From assembly GCA_938075435.1 (NCBI GenBank), contig CALJHL010000127.1, positions 1-62,269 on the forward strand: a DNA stretch of 62,269 nucleotides, written 5' to 3'. The stretch's first letter is position 1. Each line of letters begins with the position of its first letter. A program made the position numbers and the translations under genes. Source of the stretch: an uncultured Thalassotalea sp. (GTDB taxonomy: Bacteria > Pseudomonadota > Gammaproteobacteria > Enterobacterales > Alteromonadaceae). Shown in pieces: positions 27,957 to 38,485 of this stretch. The notes under the pieces are model-generated. The model was not told the origin of the DNA, did not search any database, and worked only from the letters and a program-made list of their open reading frames with translations.

Positions 27957-29552
27957 TTACATCCAATTACGTTTGCTACTTTCTACCTGAAATAAGCTTT
28001 CATTAACTAAGTCTAAGCCGATTTTTTCAGGTAAATAGGGGATATCTATTGCTCCTGAGGCTAACACAAATTGAATACTGCATAGGTGTTTACGTTTTAA
28101 AAACCAGCTTTGTTTGTAGCTGGTTTGTTGGACTTTATAAATAGGAAAACAATAGTAATCAATGCCCAAGCAGCCTTTGCGGACATAGATAAAGTTGTCA
28201 TCAATACAATAGCCCCAGCGACGGTAGCGCATTACGACTAACAGACTAATAAACAGTGCAAATCCTACTATATAGGGAAGTAATTCGTTGCCCTGCTGTT
28301 TTATCATGATGACAGCGGCAAGTACGATCAACGGCGTTAAACATAGCGCTAAATTCCTGAACAATAACCGCCTGCTTACCCTTTTAAATTGGCAGGTGGC
28401 AAGTTGGTTTTGTGGGTAAGCATCATCGATTAAATGTTGGCATTCAGTGCGGGTAACCGAAGGCACAACAATTTTATTGGTCAATTGTCCTGGTTGGGTC
28501 TGGCTAAAATTGGCATTAGACTGTTCAAAACGTAAATTAATGCGCCCTAATAAAACATCGAGCCAATCTTGTTGGCGAACAATCATTTGTAACCTAGACA
28601 AACGCATGGTGACTTCGTTACGAGTAAACAAACCACTGCGACGAATATAACGATCGCCGCTTTTACTTAACTTAAAGTCGTGAAAGGCAATGATTGACCC
28701 AATGATAGACAATATGGTGATGGGGATCATTATCATTAATACCAGAGACAAGGAAGTCGTCGCAATCTGCCAGCCAGATTTGCCTTCAAACTCAAAATAT
28801 TGTTCAACATTAAAACCAATAATTAACAGCCAACGGCCTAGTTCACTGCTGATCTGGTCAATAAACGGCGCCAAGCCGGCAACAAAAATCCACATGCGAT
28901 TATTGGTGATGCCATGGATCACCAAGTCATCAAGATTGCGTCGGTCTAAGATGACCTCTTTAGGAGCCGGGGCAGGCTCTTGCTGGGCGCTTTGGTCCTG
29001 TTGTGGGGTTGCTAGAGTTTGCTCATGCGCAGCTAAAATTTGATGTTTTAATTGCTCGGCAAATTGTTTTTTAATCGCGACTACTTTGGCTTCTTGCTTT
29101 ATTGAGCCAGCAGTATCTAATTGCATGCAGGCATAGCCGAACGGACGATAATAAAATGGTTCGGTTAGCTCTACATTCTGGATCCTAGAAAACGGTAAAT
29201 TGATGTATTTTTTTGAAAATACCCCTGAGCGGATCTCAATTTGTTGATTAGATAAACGGTATTGAAAAAAATAAAAACTTAGCAATGCCGACAGCGCAAT
29301 TAGCGCCAGAAAACCATAGAGAATAGGCAGCCATAAACCTGGATTTTCATTAACCTTATTTGAACCGATTAATATCGCTGGGGCAATATAGATGACATTA
29401 CCAAACATGTTTTTGATAAACATCAGCACAAAATAAATCAACGCAATCGGAGAAATTCGCTGCCAGTTTTGCGGGTTTTCTTTGCCTTTACCTTCAGTAT
29501 CAGCTGAGCCTTGTGCCTCACTTGTTACTACTTCATCGGCGTTATTATCCAT
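27957..29552 (-). CDS. YdbT-like membrane protein with bPH_2 domains
   Basis: IRSGVFSK..I.LPFSRIQNV, LDTAG, RSGLF..RLQ, GCLG…PIYKVQ repeats with TM pairs. Confidence 0.85.
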   Translation of the reverse strand: MDNNADEVVTSEAQGSADTEGKGKENPQNWQRISPIALIYFVLMFIKNMFGNVIYIAPAILIGSNKVNENPGLWLPILYGFLALIALSALLSFYFFQYRLSNQQIEIRSGVFSKKYINLPFSRIQNVELTEPFYYRPFGYACMQLDTAGSIKQEAKVVAIKKQFAEQLKHQILAAHEQTLATPQQDQSAQQEPAPAPKEVILDRRNLDDLVIHGITNNRMWIFVAGLAPFIDQISSELGRWLLIIGFNVEQYFEFEGKSGWQIATTSLSLVLMIMIPITILSIIGSIIAFHDFKLSKSGDRYIRRSGLFTRNEVTMRLSRLQMIVRQQDWLDVLLGRINLRFEQSNANFSQTQPGQLTNKIVVPSVTRTECQHLIDDAYPQNQLATCQFKRVSRRLLFRNLALCLTPLIVLAAVIMIKQQGNELLPYIVGFALFISLLVVMRYRRWGYCIDDNFIYVRKGCLGIDYYCFPIYKVQQTSYKQSWFLKRKHLCSIQFVLASGAIDIPYLPEKIGLDLVNESLFQVESSKRNWM

Positions 29553-30096
29553 GCTGATTTAAATCTCGATGGTTTAGCAAATACTGGCGCAGATATTCGG
29601 CATGTTCATAATCGAGCCCAGGTATGGCAAAAGTGTGCATGGCGCCACCAGCACTAAATACCTGTAAATTGGCTAAGCCTACCTTACGATCGATGGGGCC
29701 GCGTTTAAGTTCGACATGTTGAATTCTTAAAATTGGTTGGCTAACCGTTTTGCGAAAAATTAACCCCGATTGATAATTAATATCTTGTTCGCGCAGGGCG
29801 TATTGTTTTTTTGGATCGGCAAAGTAAACATAAACATAATTCACTAAATTTAGGGTAGTCAATATGGCGGCAATAATACTTAAGGCAATATTCAACTGCG
29901 AAGGCAGTTCAACAAAAGGTTGGTAAATAACCACCATAAGTAGTAACAATATAATGAAGGCTCTGACCAATACGACTAAACGATGGGTGCGAGCGTAAAG
30001 TGGCGATAATGGTTCGAATTCTATGGCGCTCAAGCTAGGAATTTGTGGTTGCAGTATTTGTTGGTTACTGAATTCATTTTCAACGTTAGTATTCAA
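29545..30096 (-). CDS. YdbS-like membrane protein with bPH_2 domain
   Basis: Two TM helices; YALRE.D..Y.SG, RIQHVELKRGPIDR..GLA, IPGL. Confidence 0.85.
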   Translation of the reverse strand: MNTNVENEFSNQQILQPQIPSLSAIEFEPLSPLYARTHRLVVLVRAFIILLLLMVVIYQPFVELPSQLNIALSIIAAILTTLNLVNYVYVYFADPKKQYALREQDINYQSGLIFRKTVSQPILRIQHVELKRGPIDRKVGLANLQVFSAGGAMHTFAIPGLDYEHAEYLRQYLLNHRDLNQHG

Positions 30097-30273
30097 ACAA
30101 TGTCCTTATATATTAATAAATTAATAAGCTTCAATATTTAGCTTAACGTTATTTTTTGACTTTGTAAGCTACAATTTGGTTTTCTGGGTAAATTAGCCAT
30201 TCAGGTAAAAAACATTAATCCATAAGGTAATTTTCTAGGGCACAGCAAGTGCACTGTAATGATTATTTTTCTT

Positions 30274-30287
30274 TTGATCTGGGTCAA
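30274..30287. promoter_or_regulatory. FNR/DNR box upstream of norQ
   Basis: TTGAT-CTGG-GTCAA (9/10). Confidence 0.7.
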
Positions 30288-30364
30288 CTAACATTTCATC
30301 ACATTTGCACTATTTGGCACATCAGCGTAACGTATCGGCAAAATGTAAACTACCTTGAGTTTTT

Positions 30365-31180
30365 ATGGATACTAGCAATATACAGTTAGCAGCTGTAGAT
30401 AATAATGACCGTTATTATCAACCGCAAGCAAACGAAGTTTCAGTGTTTGAATATGCCTATCAACATCATTTGCCGGTGCTGATTAAAGGCCCTACTGGTT
30501 GTGGTAAAACTCGTTTTATTGAGCATATGGCACAAAAATTAAATAAACCGTTATACACAGTTGCTTGTCATGATGACTTAACCGCCGCCGATCTTGTCGG
30601 TCGCCATTTAATTGGTCCAGAAGGCACTTACTGGCAAGATGGGCCATTAACTCGTGCGGTTCGTGAAGGTGGAATTTGTTATTTGGATGAAATTGTCGAA
30701 GCACGAAAAGATACCACTGTGGTGTTGCATCCATTGGCCGATGATCGCCGTATATTACCATTAGAACGAACAGGTGAACTGCTCGCCGCTCATCCAGATT
30801 TTATGTTGGTGGTATCTTATAACCCTGGTTATCAAAATTTATTAAAGGGCATGAAGCCAAGTACCAAACAACGGTTTGTGGCTTTACGATTTGATTATCC
30901 AGAGAAAGATGTTGAACAACAAATTTTAATCAATGAAGCTAAGGTTGAGGCACATTTAGCCTTTACTTTGGTTGAACTCGCCCAGGCATTACGACGCCTA
31001 GAACAAAATGACTTAGACGAAGTAGTATCAACGCGATTGCTTATTTATGCAGCCAAAATGATGTCAAGTGGCATGAATGCCATAGAGGTTTGCCGCAGCT
31101 GTTTAGCCGAGCCACTGACCGACGACCCGGACACTATTGAAGCGTTAATGGCGGTAGCCCGAATTTATTTTGACGAATAG
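30365..31180 (+). CDS. norQ: NirQ/NorQ AAA+ ATPase (NO reductase activation)
   Basis: KGPTGCGKT, VACHDDLTAADLVG, YLDEIVEARKD, SYNPGYQ, STRLL. Confidence 0.92.
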   Translation: MDTSNIQLAAVDNNDRYYQPQANEVSVFEYAYQHHLPVLIKGPTGCGKTRFIEHMAQKLNKPLYTVACHDDLTAADLVGRHLIGPEGTYWQDGPLTRAVREGGICYLDEIVEARKDTTVVLHPLADDRRILPLERTGELLAAHPDFMLVVSYNPGYQNLLKGMKPSTKQRFVALRFDYPEKDVEQQILINEAKVEAHLAFTLVELAQALRRLEQNDLDEVVSTRLLIYAAKMMSSGMNAIEVCRSCLAEPLTDDPDTIEALMAVARIYFDE

Positions 31181-31249
31181 TTAATCAACTTGATAAAATA
31201 AGGCGATTGCCAATAATCGCCTCATTATTTATTTTCTGCGCCGTTTATT

Positions 31250-31606
31250 ATGCTCAAAACTAACAAATCAATTGTGCAGCTCGCCAACCTTAGCCATGGA
31301 CTTTATTTAGCTAACTTAATTATTTTGCCTGGTGTAGGCTTGTTGCTATTATTGGTCTTTTTTTTCAAGTATCGCAATTACAACCGCTGGCTTAACATTC
31401 ATTTATTTCGCAGCGTGCAGTTATCAATTCTCGCGACAGTGATATTATTGGTGCCACTGCTATATATTTTATTTTCTCAACAAATACAATACTATTTCGC
31501 CATAATGCTGCTATATTTTATTATTGTGCATAGCGGATTAATATTGATTGGTGTAATTAACCTTGCTTTAAGTATGGTTAACAGGTTACCTATTGTAGTG
31601 ATTTGA
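31250..31606 (+). CDS. Small integral membrane protein in the nor cluster
   Basis: Three hydrophobic segments; LYLANLIILPG. Confidence 0.65.
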   Translation: MLKTNKSIVQLANLSHGLYLANLIILPGVGLLLLLVFFFKYRNYNRWLNIHLFRSVQLSILATVILLVPLLYILFSQQIQYYFAIMLLYFIIVHSGLILIGVINLALSMVNRLPIVVI

Positions 31607-31654
31607 TAAAAAAACCTGTTTTTTTATTCAATTTTGCCTCGCATCCGCATAAAA

Positions 31655-31668
31655 TTGATTTCCATCAA
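31655..31668. promoter_or_regulatory. Perfect FNR/DNR box upstream of norC
   Basis: TTGAT-TTCC-ATCAA. Confidence 0.9.
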
Positions 31669-31733
31669 GTTTTTTTTGTAGGGGCAACTTATCATTCGGT
31701 TGTTCTAATAATATTAACATCAGGGAGCAACCC

Positions 31734-33565
<1,832 letters not shown>

Positions 33566-33585
33566 ACTTTATTAAGTTGTAAAAT

Positions 33586-33618
33586 AAAAAACCGTGATAG
33601 AAATATCACGGTTTTTTT
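33586..33618 (+). terminator. Intrinsic terminator after norB
   Basis: AAAAAACCGTGATA-GAAA-TATCACGGTTTTTTT. Confidence 0.85.
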
Positions 33619-33625
33619 GTATTGG

Positions 33626-33639
33626 TTGATTCAAATCAT
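33626..33639. promoter_or_regulatory. FNR/DNR box upstream of norD
   Basis: TTGAT-TCAA-ATCAT (9/10). Confidence 0.65.
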
Positions 33640-33708
33640 TATAATTTTTCTAAAGCAGGTATAATCCCAACATATAAAAGTTAATAGTGATTAGGTTATT
33701 AGAGAGTT

Positions 33709-35535
33709 ATGGAAGAGTGGGTTGGCGGTATTTGGCATCAATTTATTACTCGTAAAGCTAGTGCTGAATTTGACCAAGCACGAGTAAACTTTACTGAGGT
33801 TCATAAATCTGTAGGTATTGTTTATCGAGCCCTCGGGGGCGATCCTAGTAAGCGGGTAGAAGCCGCTAGTACTCGAGATTATTTATCAAGACGTAGTTTT
33901 TTGCAAAAAATATCAGGTGATAATCAACAAATGAGTCTGGCGTGGCAAGATGAAGACAGCCTAAGATTACCTGAATATATTGCCGTTTTTCCTGACCAAG
34001 CCCTCAACGCTGATCTGTATATCTGGTTAACCGTACTCGGTGCGCATCACAGTGGTCAATTTAAGCATTGGGCCATTGATAACCAGCAGTTGGTGGTCGA
34101 TATTTTGGCAAACTTTCCGGCCTTAAAAGCAAGGTATCAACGCTTAGCCGAAGCGGTAGTGCAGCTGCGCCTGAACGTAGATAATTTGCCAATTGCTGAA
34201 CAGGCCCTGGAAAAATCTATTGTCGAAGCAATATTAAAGCCTGGTACAGTGAGTTCTTTTCCGGCGGTTAACTACGCACCGCAAGCGGTGTTTTTATGGC
34301 TTTACCCGTCGGCACAAACCAAGCCAATAGAGGCAGCAGTAACTGACGATGATTTTACCGAAGCCACAAGCGAAAACAGTAAAAAACAAAGCAAAACCGC
34401 GCGTAAAAAAACCGAGCGGGTTGAGTCGGGTGATGACCGTGATGGGATGATGATATTTCGCCTAGAAAGTTTATTTTCATGGAGTGAATTTGCCAATATT
34501 GATCGTGGCAGTGATGACAGTGATGATGACGGCGATAAAGTTGCCGAGGATTTAGATAAAATCACCCTGTCACAACAACAAGATCAAAAAAGTGCCCGTA
34601 TTAAATTAGATCTCGATTTACCGTCAAGTTCGGAAGACGATTTACCATTAGGGGAAGGAATAACCTTGCCCGAGTGGGATTATCGCAAGCAGCAGTTGGT
34701 CATCGAGCGCTGCTTATTACAGCCGATGTTACCAAAAGACAGTATTGCGAAAAAACTACCACTGCACTTACAAAAAACCGCTAAAAATATTCAAGCCCAA
34801 TTTGAACAATTGCAATCCTTGCGTTATTGGTTGAAAAATCAGCCACAAGGAGAGGAGTTAGATTTAAATGCTTGGCTAGATTTTCATATTGAACGGCAAA
34901 TTAGCCCTACAGCCGAAACCGGACTTTATCGAAGCTTTCGCGGTAATAATCGCGATTTGTCATGCTTGCTACTTGCCGATTTATCGATGTCTACTGACTC
35001 ACATCTTGACGATGAAACCCGAGTAATTGATGTGGTGCGCGACAGTATGTTGTTGTTTGGCGAAGCGTTGAATATCGTCGGTGATAATTTTGCCATGTAT
35101 GGTTTTTCTTCGGTAAAGCGTTCGCATGTGCGCTTTAGTGTGTTGAAAAACTTTAAAGAGAGTTATGACGATACTATTCGGGGCAGAATTCAAGCCATCC
35201 GTCCAGGATTTTATACCCGTATGGGAGCGGCAATACGGCAATCGACAAAAATATTATTAGAGCAGAAATCATCGCAAAAATTACTATTAATACTTACCGA
35301 TGGTAAACCCAATGACATTGATCATTATGAAGGTCGGTTTGGTATAGAAGACACTAGACAAGCCATAATTGCGGCTAAGCAAGCGGGCTTAAAGCCTTTT
35401 TGTATCACTATCGATCAAGAAGCCGAAGATTATTTACCTTATATATTTGGCCGGTATAGCTTTTCTGTAATGCGCAGTCCAACACAGCTACCTACTTGTT
35501 TACCACAAATTTATCACCGCTTAACGAGCCAATAG
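33709..35535 (+). CDS. norD: NorD (VWA-domain NO reductase activation protein)
   Basis: MEEWVG..WH, PEWDYR, LLADLSMST MIDAS, YTRMGAAIR, TDGKPND. Confidence 0.93.
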   Translation: MEEWVGGIWHQFITRKASAEFDQARVNFTEVHKSVGIVYRALGGDPSKRVEAASTRDYLSRRSFLQKISGDNQQMSLAWQDEDSLRLPEYIAVFPDQALNADLYIWLTVLGAHHSGQFKHWAIDNQQLVVDILANFPALKARYQRLAEAVVQLRLNVDNLPIAEQALEKSIVEAILKPGTVSSFPAVNYAPQAVFLWLYPSAQTKPIEAAVTDDDFTEATSENSKKQSKTARKKTERVESGDDRDGMMIFRLESLFSWSEFANIDRGSDDSDDDGDKVAEDLDKITLSQQQDQKSARIKLDLDLPSSSEDDLPLGEGITLPEWDYRKQQLVIERCLLQPMLPKDSIAKKLPLHLQKTAKNIQAQFEQLQSLRYWLKNQPQGEELDLNAWLDFHIERQISPTAETGLYRSFRGNNRDLSCLLLADLSMSTDSHLDDETRVIDVVRDSMLLFGEALNIVGDNFAMYGFSSVKRSHVRFSVLKNFKESYDDTIRGRIQAIRPGFYTRMGAAIRQSTKILLEQKSSQKLLLILTDGKPNDIDHYEGRFGIEDTRQAIIAAKQAGLKPFCITIDQEAEDYLPYIFGRYSFSVMRSPTQLPTCLPQIYHRLTSQ

Positions 35536-35543
35536 GATTGCCA

Positions 35544-35738
35544 ATGTCAACCGAGCAAACCCCTTGTTTATATTGTCAAACTAGCAATGATGCGGCACAG
35601 CAAAATTGCAGTAATTGCGGTATGCCGCTGGCAAAATCACATCCACAAGATCGTAATCGCGGCTTAAGATTTTTTAAAAAAGCATTTTGGTTTATTGTGA
35701 TTTTTTGTGTGTTGATGATGTTTTATTTACCAAGATAG
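35544..35738 (+). CDS. Small zinc-ribbon membrane protein, DnrP-like
   Basis: CLYCQ…CSNCGMPL plus C-terminal TM ending LPR; ATG 35544 after AGGA. Confidence 0.7.
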   Translation: MSTEQTPCLYCQTSNDAAQQNCSNCGMPLAKSHPQDRNRGLRFFKKAFWFIVIFCVLMMFYLPR

Positions 35739-35764
35739 CAGACCAACCAGATAAATTACTAAAA

Positions 35765-35793
35765 AGTCCGTTGCAATCACCTTGCAACGGGCT
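35765..35793. terminator. Terminator hairpin between the DnrP-like gene and hemerythrin
   Basis: AGTCCGTTGCAA-TCACC-TTGCAACGGGCT. Confidence 0.7.
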
Positions 35794-35800
35794 GTTTAGT

Positions 35801-35849
35801 GATAGGGATCTAACTATGTCGATGTCGTCAGGGATGACGGAACATCGAC
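35801..35849 (+). repeat. GGA-loop hairpin cluster
   Basis: GAT-AGGG-ATC and GTCGATGT-CGTCA-GGGA-TGACG-GA-ACATCGAC. Confidence 0.6.
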
Positions 35850-35878
35850 GGCCAAAGTCATTTAAAAAGGGTTTACGG

Positions 35879-36457
35879 CTATTTAAAACCGTGTTGGTTT
35901 AAATGGCTGGTGTATTGTTTATCTGTGCCGTTAATGTGATTAATTAACCAACCGCTAAGGAAGTCACTAACTTCTTGAAAGGCATCATGACCTTGTTCTT
36001 CATACTTTTGCTTAATTTCATTGATTTTAGCGATCATTATTTTATGCTGTTCTTGGTGGGCGACAAAATCAGGATAACCGCTGTCTTCCATCATTTTTTC
36101 TTCACGATCAAAATGGTATTCGGTATAAGCGAGTAATTCCTTTAAGGTTTGGTGTTCATACTCTTCACCCATCTCGTAGTCGTAAGCGGTATTAAATTGG
36201 TTTAACAACGAGATCAACTTTTGATGATCTAAATCCAAAGCATTAACGCCAACACTATATTCTTCTTTCCATTTGATGATTTTGTCTTTATTGAAACGTT
36301 TATAAAGAAATGGAGTGACAATAAGTAGCGCAATTAATAACCAAGATATTTTATTATCTATACCGATTAACAGCCCTAAGAAAATAATAACAATGGCTAG
36401 ACCAATTAGGGCTGCATATATCAATGCTTTGTAACGATTATTCATTTTTATGTCCAT
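35879..36457 (-). CDS. Membrane-anchored bacteriohemerythrin (two N-terminal TM helices; start likely 36457 or 36445)
   Basis: W...YSVGV..LD.DH, HF.REE..M, HQEQH, WLINHI...DK: full di-iron ligand set. Confidence 0.88.
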   Translation of the reverse strand: MDIKMNNRYKALIYAALIGLAIVIIFLGLLIGIDNKISWLLIALLIVTPFLYKRFNKDKIIKWKEEYSVGVNALDLDHQKLISLLNQFNTAYDYEMGEEYEHQTLKELLAYTEYHFDREEKMMEDSGYPDFVAHQEQHKIMIAKINEIKQKYEEQGHDAFQEVSDFLSGWLINHINGTDKQYTSHLNQHGFK

Positions 36458-36572
36458 AGTTGAAATAAAGTAAATAAATACTAGAATGTAAAAGTAACTA
36501 TTTGTATGGTAAATCAAAAACTTTGTCTATTTTACCAATATTGTCATTTAATAACATAAATACCAATAAAGT

Positions 36573-36586
36573 TTGATCTAAATTAA
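36573..36586. promoter_or_regulatory. FNR/DNR box between divergent hemerythrin and nirS
   Basis: TTGAT-CTAA-ATTAA (9/10). Confidence 0.6.
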
Positions 36587-36779
36587 ATAATCAACTCAGC
36601 TTTTAATAGATAGTTGGTTTCGAAAGGCAGATACCATTTAATATACTTAAATTAGCTTCGCAAATTTAATATTCATTTTACATTCGATTGATTATAAATG
36701 ATGATTAATATTATAGTTAATTTTTATGAAACTTAGTTCTCTGCCGAAATTTTATTGTTAATAAACCAGGAGAGAAAGA

Positions 36780-38408
36780 ATGAAAGCAATTAAATATGGA
36801 GCCTCCATACTTAGTGTCGCAGTTGGGTTAGCTGTAAGTGGTATGAGTTTTGCCGTTTCAGCTGCAGAACCAACGTTATCAGAAGCAGATTTTGATAAAG
36901 CAAAATTACAATATTTTCAACGTTGTGCTGGTTGTCATGGTACTTTGCGTAAAGGCGCTACAGGTAAAAGCCTTGAGCCAGAAAGCACCTTGAAAAAAGG
37001 TCAAAAACGTCTTGAAAAAATTATTGCCTTAGGTACTGAAGGCGGCATGAATAATTTTGATGATTTGTTCACTAAAAAAGAAATTGCCAACATGGCAACC
37101 TTCATTCAAATGACTCCACCAATTCCACCGGAAATGTCTTTAGAGCAAATGCGTAGTCACACTAAGCAGTTTATTGCTGTTAAAGATTACCCAGCTAAAC
37201 CTCAGCATAACCTTAATTGGAATAACTTCTTCATCGTTATTGAACGTGATGCAGGTACGGTAGCAATTGTTGACGGCGATACTAAGAAAGTTATCACTCA
37301 TATCAACACAGGTTACGCAGTACATGTAATCAAGGGTACAGAGCATCATGCAACCCAACATGTTAAAGATGTAGGTCGTTTCTGGTACACAATCGGTCGT
37401 GACGGTAAAGTTACTAAAATCGATTTATGGCAAAAACCTGAAAACATGTTAGTTGCTGAAACTAAAATGGCATATGACGCACGTGATATCGCAGTTTCTG
37501 GCGACGGTAAATACGTAATTGCTGGTGGTTACTGGCCTTCACATTTCGTTATCATGGACGCTGAAACGTTGAACCCACTTAAAGTTGTTTCAACTCGTGG
37601 TTACAACACTAAAGGTGAATTCATTAACGAAGCACGTGTAGCAGCTATTTACACTACACCTAATGAACCAACCTTCATGGTTGCTGTTAAAGAATTAGGC
37701 CAAATGTGGCAAGTTGATTACTCAGATCTTGATAACCTTAACATCACCCAAATTGATTCAGCTGAATTCTTACATGATGGTTTCTTCGACCCAACAGGTC
37801 GTTACTTCCAAATTGCTGCTAACGCATCAAATAAAATGGTCATAGTTGATAGTAAAACACGTAAGTTAGAAGCAATGATCGACGTTGACTCTTTACCACA
37901 TCCTGGCCCTGGTGCTAACTGGATTGATAAAGAATGTGGCCCTGTTGGCGGCACAACTCATTTAGGTACTGGTTTAGTTTCTGTTTGGGGTAATGATCCA
38001 ATCAATCACCCGGATAGCGCTTGGAAAATGTGTTATGAAGTAGAAACAGATGGTGCTGGTGCATTTATCCGTACTCACGAAACTTCACAATACGTTTGGG
38101 CTGATCAGTTGAAACATCCAGAGCCTGAAATTCAACAGTCTGTGCAAGTTTTCGATAAAGATACTCATGAAATCGTGAAAACCATTCGTGTAACTACAGA
38201 GCCTGGTAAAGCAGCTCTACACATGGAATTCAACAAAGGTGGTAGTGAAGTATGGGTTTCAGTTTGGAACCGTAAAGAAGCGAGCAAGCCTACTGGTGAA
38301 ATCGTAGTTTATGATGCAAAATCTCTTAAAGAGAAATTCCGTATCAAAGGCTTAACCACACCAACCGGTAAGTTTAACGTTTACAACCGTGTAAACCACA
38401 AAACCTAA
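36780..38408 (+). CDS. nirS: Cytochrome cd1 nitrite reductase
   Basis: Signal peptide; YFQRCAGCHG.LRKGATG; GYAVH, GRDG, FLHDG, PHPG, TPTGKFNV. Confidence 0.95.
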   Translation: MKAIKYGASILSVAVGLAVSGMSFAVSAAEPTLSEADFDKAKLQYFQRCAGCHGTLRKGATGKSLEPESTLKKGQKRLEKIIALGTEGGMNNFDDLFTKKEIANMATFIQMTPPIPPEMSLEQMRSHTKQFIAVKDYPAKPQHNLNWNNFFIVIERDAGTVAIVDGDTKKVITHINTGYAVHVIKGTEHHATQHVKDVGRFWYTIGRDGKVTKIDLWQKPENMLVAETKMAYDARDIAVSGDGKYVIAGGYWPSHFVIMDAETLNPLKVVSTRGYNTKGEFINEARVAAIYTTPNEPTFMVAVKELGQMWQVDYSDLDNLNITQIDSAEFLHDGFFDPTGRYFQIAANASNKMVIVDSKTRKLEAMIDVDSLPHPGPGANWIDKECGPVGGTTHLGTGLVSVWGNDPINHPDSAWKMCYEVETDGAGAFIRTHETSQYVWADQLKHPEPEIQQSVQVFDKDTHEIVKTIRVTTEPGKAALHMEFNKGGSEVWVSVWNRKEASKPTGEIVVYDAKSLKEKFRIKGLTTPTGKFNVYNRVNHKT

Positions 38409-38429
38409 TCAGTAAACCTTACTGATAGC

Positions 38430-38455
38430 GTGAGCATAACTTCGGTTATGCTCAC
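38430..38455 (+). other. 11-bp hairpin with C(UUCG)G tetraloop between nirS and nirT
   Basis: GTGAGCATAAC-TTCG-GTTATGCTCAC; smaller hairpin at 38408-38426. Confidence 0.8.
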
Positions 38456-38485
38456 CCATTTTCGTTTTACTTGAACGAGTTAATT

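Noticed and set aside
35687-35902. 71-aa ORF
   Set aside because: Runs through terminator and repeat hairpins and overlaps both neighbours
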